A program made the translations under genes and the position numbers. DNA of 20,000 nucleotides from an uncultured virus (IMG/VR IMGVR_UViG_3300013093_000039) (taxonomy: Duplodnaviria > Heunggongvirae > Uroviricota > Caudoviricetes), in the IMG/VR virus record IMGVR_UViG_3300013093_000039; one strand, written 5' to 3'. Of the stretch, positions 17,472-20,000 are shown piece by piece. The notes under the pieces were generated by a model. It had not been told where the DNA came from. It saw only the letters and a program-made list of their open reading frames with translations, and made no database searches. Position 1 is the stretch's first letter. Each line of letters opens with the position of its first letter.

Positions 17472-17550
17472 ATTTTTTGTTTATTTAATTGGTTGCGGTA
17501 CATAGTTCGAGTGTGATTATTGTAGTGAGGTTTTAGCACTTTTCTACCTT

Positions 17551-18117
17551 TTAAGTGCTTTTTGTGATACGTTTATTCTTTGGAAGATCTTTCCAATGAT
17601 CGTTTTTATTATTCCACTGTCTTCCCCCAGGAAGTTTAATATTTTTGCCGTTCAAATTAACTTCGGCTTTAAATTCATTTGTTTCTTTTGTTTTTACCTT
17701 TTTAGGCTTAATATTAACATCGTTGTCATATTTAACACTATCAGGTACAGGACCACGATTAATACCATCATCTTGAATTTCTAAAGCTTCAATAGGAACT
17801 GTCATCGGGTTACGATAAAGACCAGGGGCGTATTCGATGATAACATCAACATAGATGTTATCAGGTGCTTCAGTTCCACCCATATAGTTCTGAGTTGTTG
17901 TTGGATAAATACTCTTAACAGCTGAAACTCTTAAGTTAAGATCAAATTTAGGATGCATACAAGCCTGTATCATCTCAATAAAGTTACTAGCCTTTTGCTT
18001 AAAAAAGTCAAGCTTTAAACAATCATCGCGAAAACGTACGCGATCACCGATTACAAACCCGCCTTGTTGATAGCGTTCCATTATACCTTCAAGTACTAAA
18101 TTAAACTGTGTATCCAT
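17551..18117 (-). CDS. Hypothetical protein (possible SH3/KOW-like N-terminal domain, basic tail)
   Basis: 188-aa ORF; GGFVIGDRVRF; preceded by minus-strand TAAATA at 18134-18129. Confidence 0.7.
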   Translation of the reverse strand: MDTQFNLVLEGIMERYQQGGFVIGDRVRFRDDCLKLDFFKQKASNFIEMIQACMHPKFDLNLRVSAVKSIYPTTTQNYMGGTEAPDNIYVDVIIEYAPGLYRNPMTVPIEALEIQDDGINRGPVPDSVKYDNDVNIKPKKVKTKETNEFKAEVNLNGKNIKLPGGRQWNNKNDHWKDLPKNKRITKST

Positions 18118-18128
18118 ATTTGTGATAT

Positions 18129-18154
18129 TATTTAAGCAACTCCTCCCCTAAATA
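18129..18154. promoter_or_regulatory. Back-to-back divergent late promoter boxes
   Basis: TAAATA on the minus strand (18134-18129, 11 nt before ATG 18117) and on the plus strand (18149-18154, 9 nt before ATG 18164). Confidence 0.55.
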
Positions 18155-18163
18155 ATAGTATAA

Positions 18164-18655
18164 ATGGCTATTAAAATTACAGAACTAAAAACAATAGCTG
18201 ATATATATAATACAAATCAGTATGTTTATAAAGATTTATATTTAGATATACAGCAAAATCAATATGTTTTACCCGGTTTCAATCCTTCAAGGCCAGGTGC
18301 TGATATTCAAGCTAGTTATGACGATCGTGCTATATCTAACTCTTTAACAAATCTTTTTAATACTTTACCCGGACAACGTTTTTTATTCCCTGAATACGGC
18401 CTAAATTTAAAACGTTATTTGTTTGAACAAATTACTGAATATAACGCTCAACTTATAGGTAGAAAAATATTTGATACAATTACGCTCTATGAATCTAGAG
18501 TAACACCATTAAATGTTAATGTAGTAGCTGATCCTGACAGTAATTTATACATAATTACTATCGTAGTCTTAATACCAATTTACAATGCAAATATAAGTTT
18601 GTATTATAATTTTGATATAACTCAGCAAAAATTTATCAATATAACAAATAACTAA
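18164..18655 (+). CDS. gp25: Baseplate wedge protein (gp25 / GPW family)
   Basis: YKDLYLD, AISNSLTNLFNTLPGQRFLFPEYGLNLKRYLFE, YESRV. Confidence 0.9.
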   Translation: MAIKITELKTIADIYNTNQYVYKDLYLDIQQNQYVLPGFNPSRPGADIQASYDDRAISNSLTNLFNTLPGQRFLFPEYGLNLKRYLFEQITEYNAQLIGRKIFDTITLYESRVTPLNVNVVADPDSNLYIITIVVLIPIYNANISLYYNFDITQQKFINITNN

Positions 18656-18661
18656 TAAAAT

Positions 18662-20000
18662 ATGGCAAATATTACTCCTCAAACACAATTTAATAATTTT
18701 GATATTCCTCAAGGAGGTTATGTTTCTTTTGATGCAATGTCTCTTCGTCAGCTTATTATTAATAGGCTTAACACACAGAACGTTTTTACAGATCAAAATT
18801 TCATTGGTTCTAATTTATCTTGTATTATTGATATCGTTGCTTATTCCTACAATACCTTAATTTACTATTTAAATAAAACATCTAACGAATCTATGTTTTC
18901 TGAAGCCCAGCTTTATGAAAATATTAATCGTATTGTTAAGCTTATTGATTATTCACCAGTTGGTAATCAAACTTCAACGTTATCTTTCACCTGTACAGCG
19001 TCTCAATTAAATCAAGGTGTTTACACTATACCTCTTTATTCCTATATACCTACTAACGGTATTAATTTTTCATTTAATAAGAATGTATCTTTCAATAAGT
19101 CTCTTAATCAAACAGCAGAAGAATTAACTAATTTTGAAAATTCAACTCTTTTATATGAAGGTAAGTATGTTGAATACCCTGTATATACAGCGGCAGGAGA
19201 TGAAAATGAAGTTTTAATAGTTAATCCAGGAAAAAATATTATTGATCACTTTAATATAGATGTTTACGTTAAACCGGTAGCTACAGGTACTTGGTTACAG
19301 TATACATCTAGTCCTAATTTGTTTTTAGAAAACGGATCAGCTACAAAGTATCAAATTCGTTTAAACGAAAAAGGCTACTACGAAATAACTTTCGGTAACA
19401 ATATTAACGGTCTTCGTTTACAAACAGGTGATCAAGTAGCAGTTTACTATTTAGCTTCTGATGGAGCTACTGGACAAGTAGGACCAGGTACTCTTAATCC
19501 TAAAACATCCACTATAACATTGTTTAATACCACTCAATATAATCAAATAATAAATGATGTTTTTGTTAAACAATATCAGTATCTAACTACCGCTCAATTA
19601 CAAAATATTAATTTTACAAATAGTACAAATTCAACAATATTTAATCCGCCTGAAACTGTACAGTCAATACAAAATAACGCACCAGCAAATTATAGAAGTC
19701 AAAACCGTCTTGTAACTACGCAAGATTATGTAACATATGTAAAAACAAATTTTGGTAATCTTATTGCAGATATTAAGTGTGTTAATAACAATGATTACAT
19801 TGCCGGGTATATGCAGTATTTTTATAATTTAGGTATTACAAATCCACAAATTACCGATCGAGCATTATTCAATCAGGTAACTTATTCTGATGCTTGCAAC
19901 TTTAATAACGTGTACGTTATTGTTGTACCTAAGTCAAACGCATTTGTACCAAATTACATACTACCAGCTCAAAAGCAACTAATTAGCTCTTCAATTAATA
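18662..20000 (+). CDS. gp6: Baseplate wedge protein (gp6-like), truncated by window end
   Basis: ATG 18662: MANITPQ...FDAMSLRQLIINRL..FTDQNFIGSNLSCIIDIVAY..NESMFSEAQLYENI..LIDYSP, later YEITFGNNING and APANYRSQNRLVTTQDY; no stop seen, so absent from the ORF track. Confidence 0.9.
   Translation, partial: MANITPQTQFNNFDIPQGGYVSFDAMSLRQLIINRLNTQNVFTDQNFIGSNLSCIIDIVAYSYNTLIYYLNKTSNESMFSEAQLYENINRIVKLIDYSPVGNQTSTLSFTCTASQLNQGVYTIPLYSYIPTNGINFSFNKNVSFNKSLNQTAEELTNFENSTLLYEGKYVEYPVYTAAGDENEVLIVNPGKNIIDHFNIDVYVKPVATGTWLQYTSSPNLFLENGSATKYQIRLNEKGYYEITFGNNINGLRLQTGDQVAVYYLASDGATGQVGPGTLNPKTSTITLFNTTQYNQIINDVFVKQYQYLTTAQLQNINFTNSTNSTIFNPPETVQSIQNNAPANYRSQNRLVTTQDYVTYVKTNFGNLIADIKCVNNNDYIAGYMQYFYNLGITNPQITDRALFNQVTYSDACNFNNVYVIVVPKSNAFVPNYILPAQKQLISSSIN

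Noticed and set aside
17472..17550. NrdR box, terminator or ncRNA in the 79-nt gap upstream of nrdB
   Set aside because: No match to the NrdR palindrome and no convincing hairpin or U-tract.
12379..18796. Other short ORFs (12379-12570, 12849-13049, 13247-13450, 14083-14394, 15547-15759, 16579-16788, 16742-17002, 16785-17246, 17596-17784, 18569-18796)
   Set aside because: Antisense or alternative-frame shadows of dut, the nuclease, terminase, nrdA/B, the 188-aa gene and gp25/gp6.
1..20000. Stop-codon reassignment
   Set aside because: Genes are full length in code 11; TAG (3077, 4494) and TGA (5467, 13679) serve as normal stops at gene boundaries.

Overview
AT-rich fragment of a large T4-like contractile-tailed phage genome, read in standard code 11. 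The + strand carries a tail/baseplate module: partial gp3-like, sheath gp18, tube gp19, gp54-like, two gp26-like chaperone paralogs, tape measure, gp48-, gp53- and gp27-like, then gp16-like small terminase, a small fibre-like protein, gp25 and partial gp6. Two minus-strand DNA-metabolism blocks interrupt it: clamp-loader ATPase + dUTPase + a 54-aa ORF missing from the ORF track, and nrdB-nrdA plus a hypothetical gene. Highlights: (1) a Seg-like GIY-YIG endonuclease sits antisense between the 54-aa ORF and dUTPase, and its 5' coding sequence supplies the dUTPase's only in-frame ATG and an apparent promoter; (2) a tandem gp26+gp51-like fusion / gp26-only pair may replace the frameshifted G/GT chaperone arrangement; (3) the ribonucleotide reductase looks class Id-like with no ATP cone; (4) TAA[A/G]TA late-promoter boxes lie 5-11 nt before most starts with no usable Shine-Dalgarno sequence. 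All family calls come from motif recognition by eye, not database searches.
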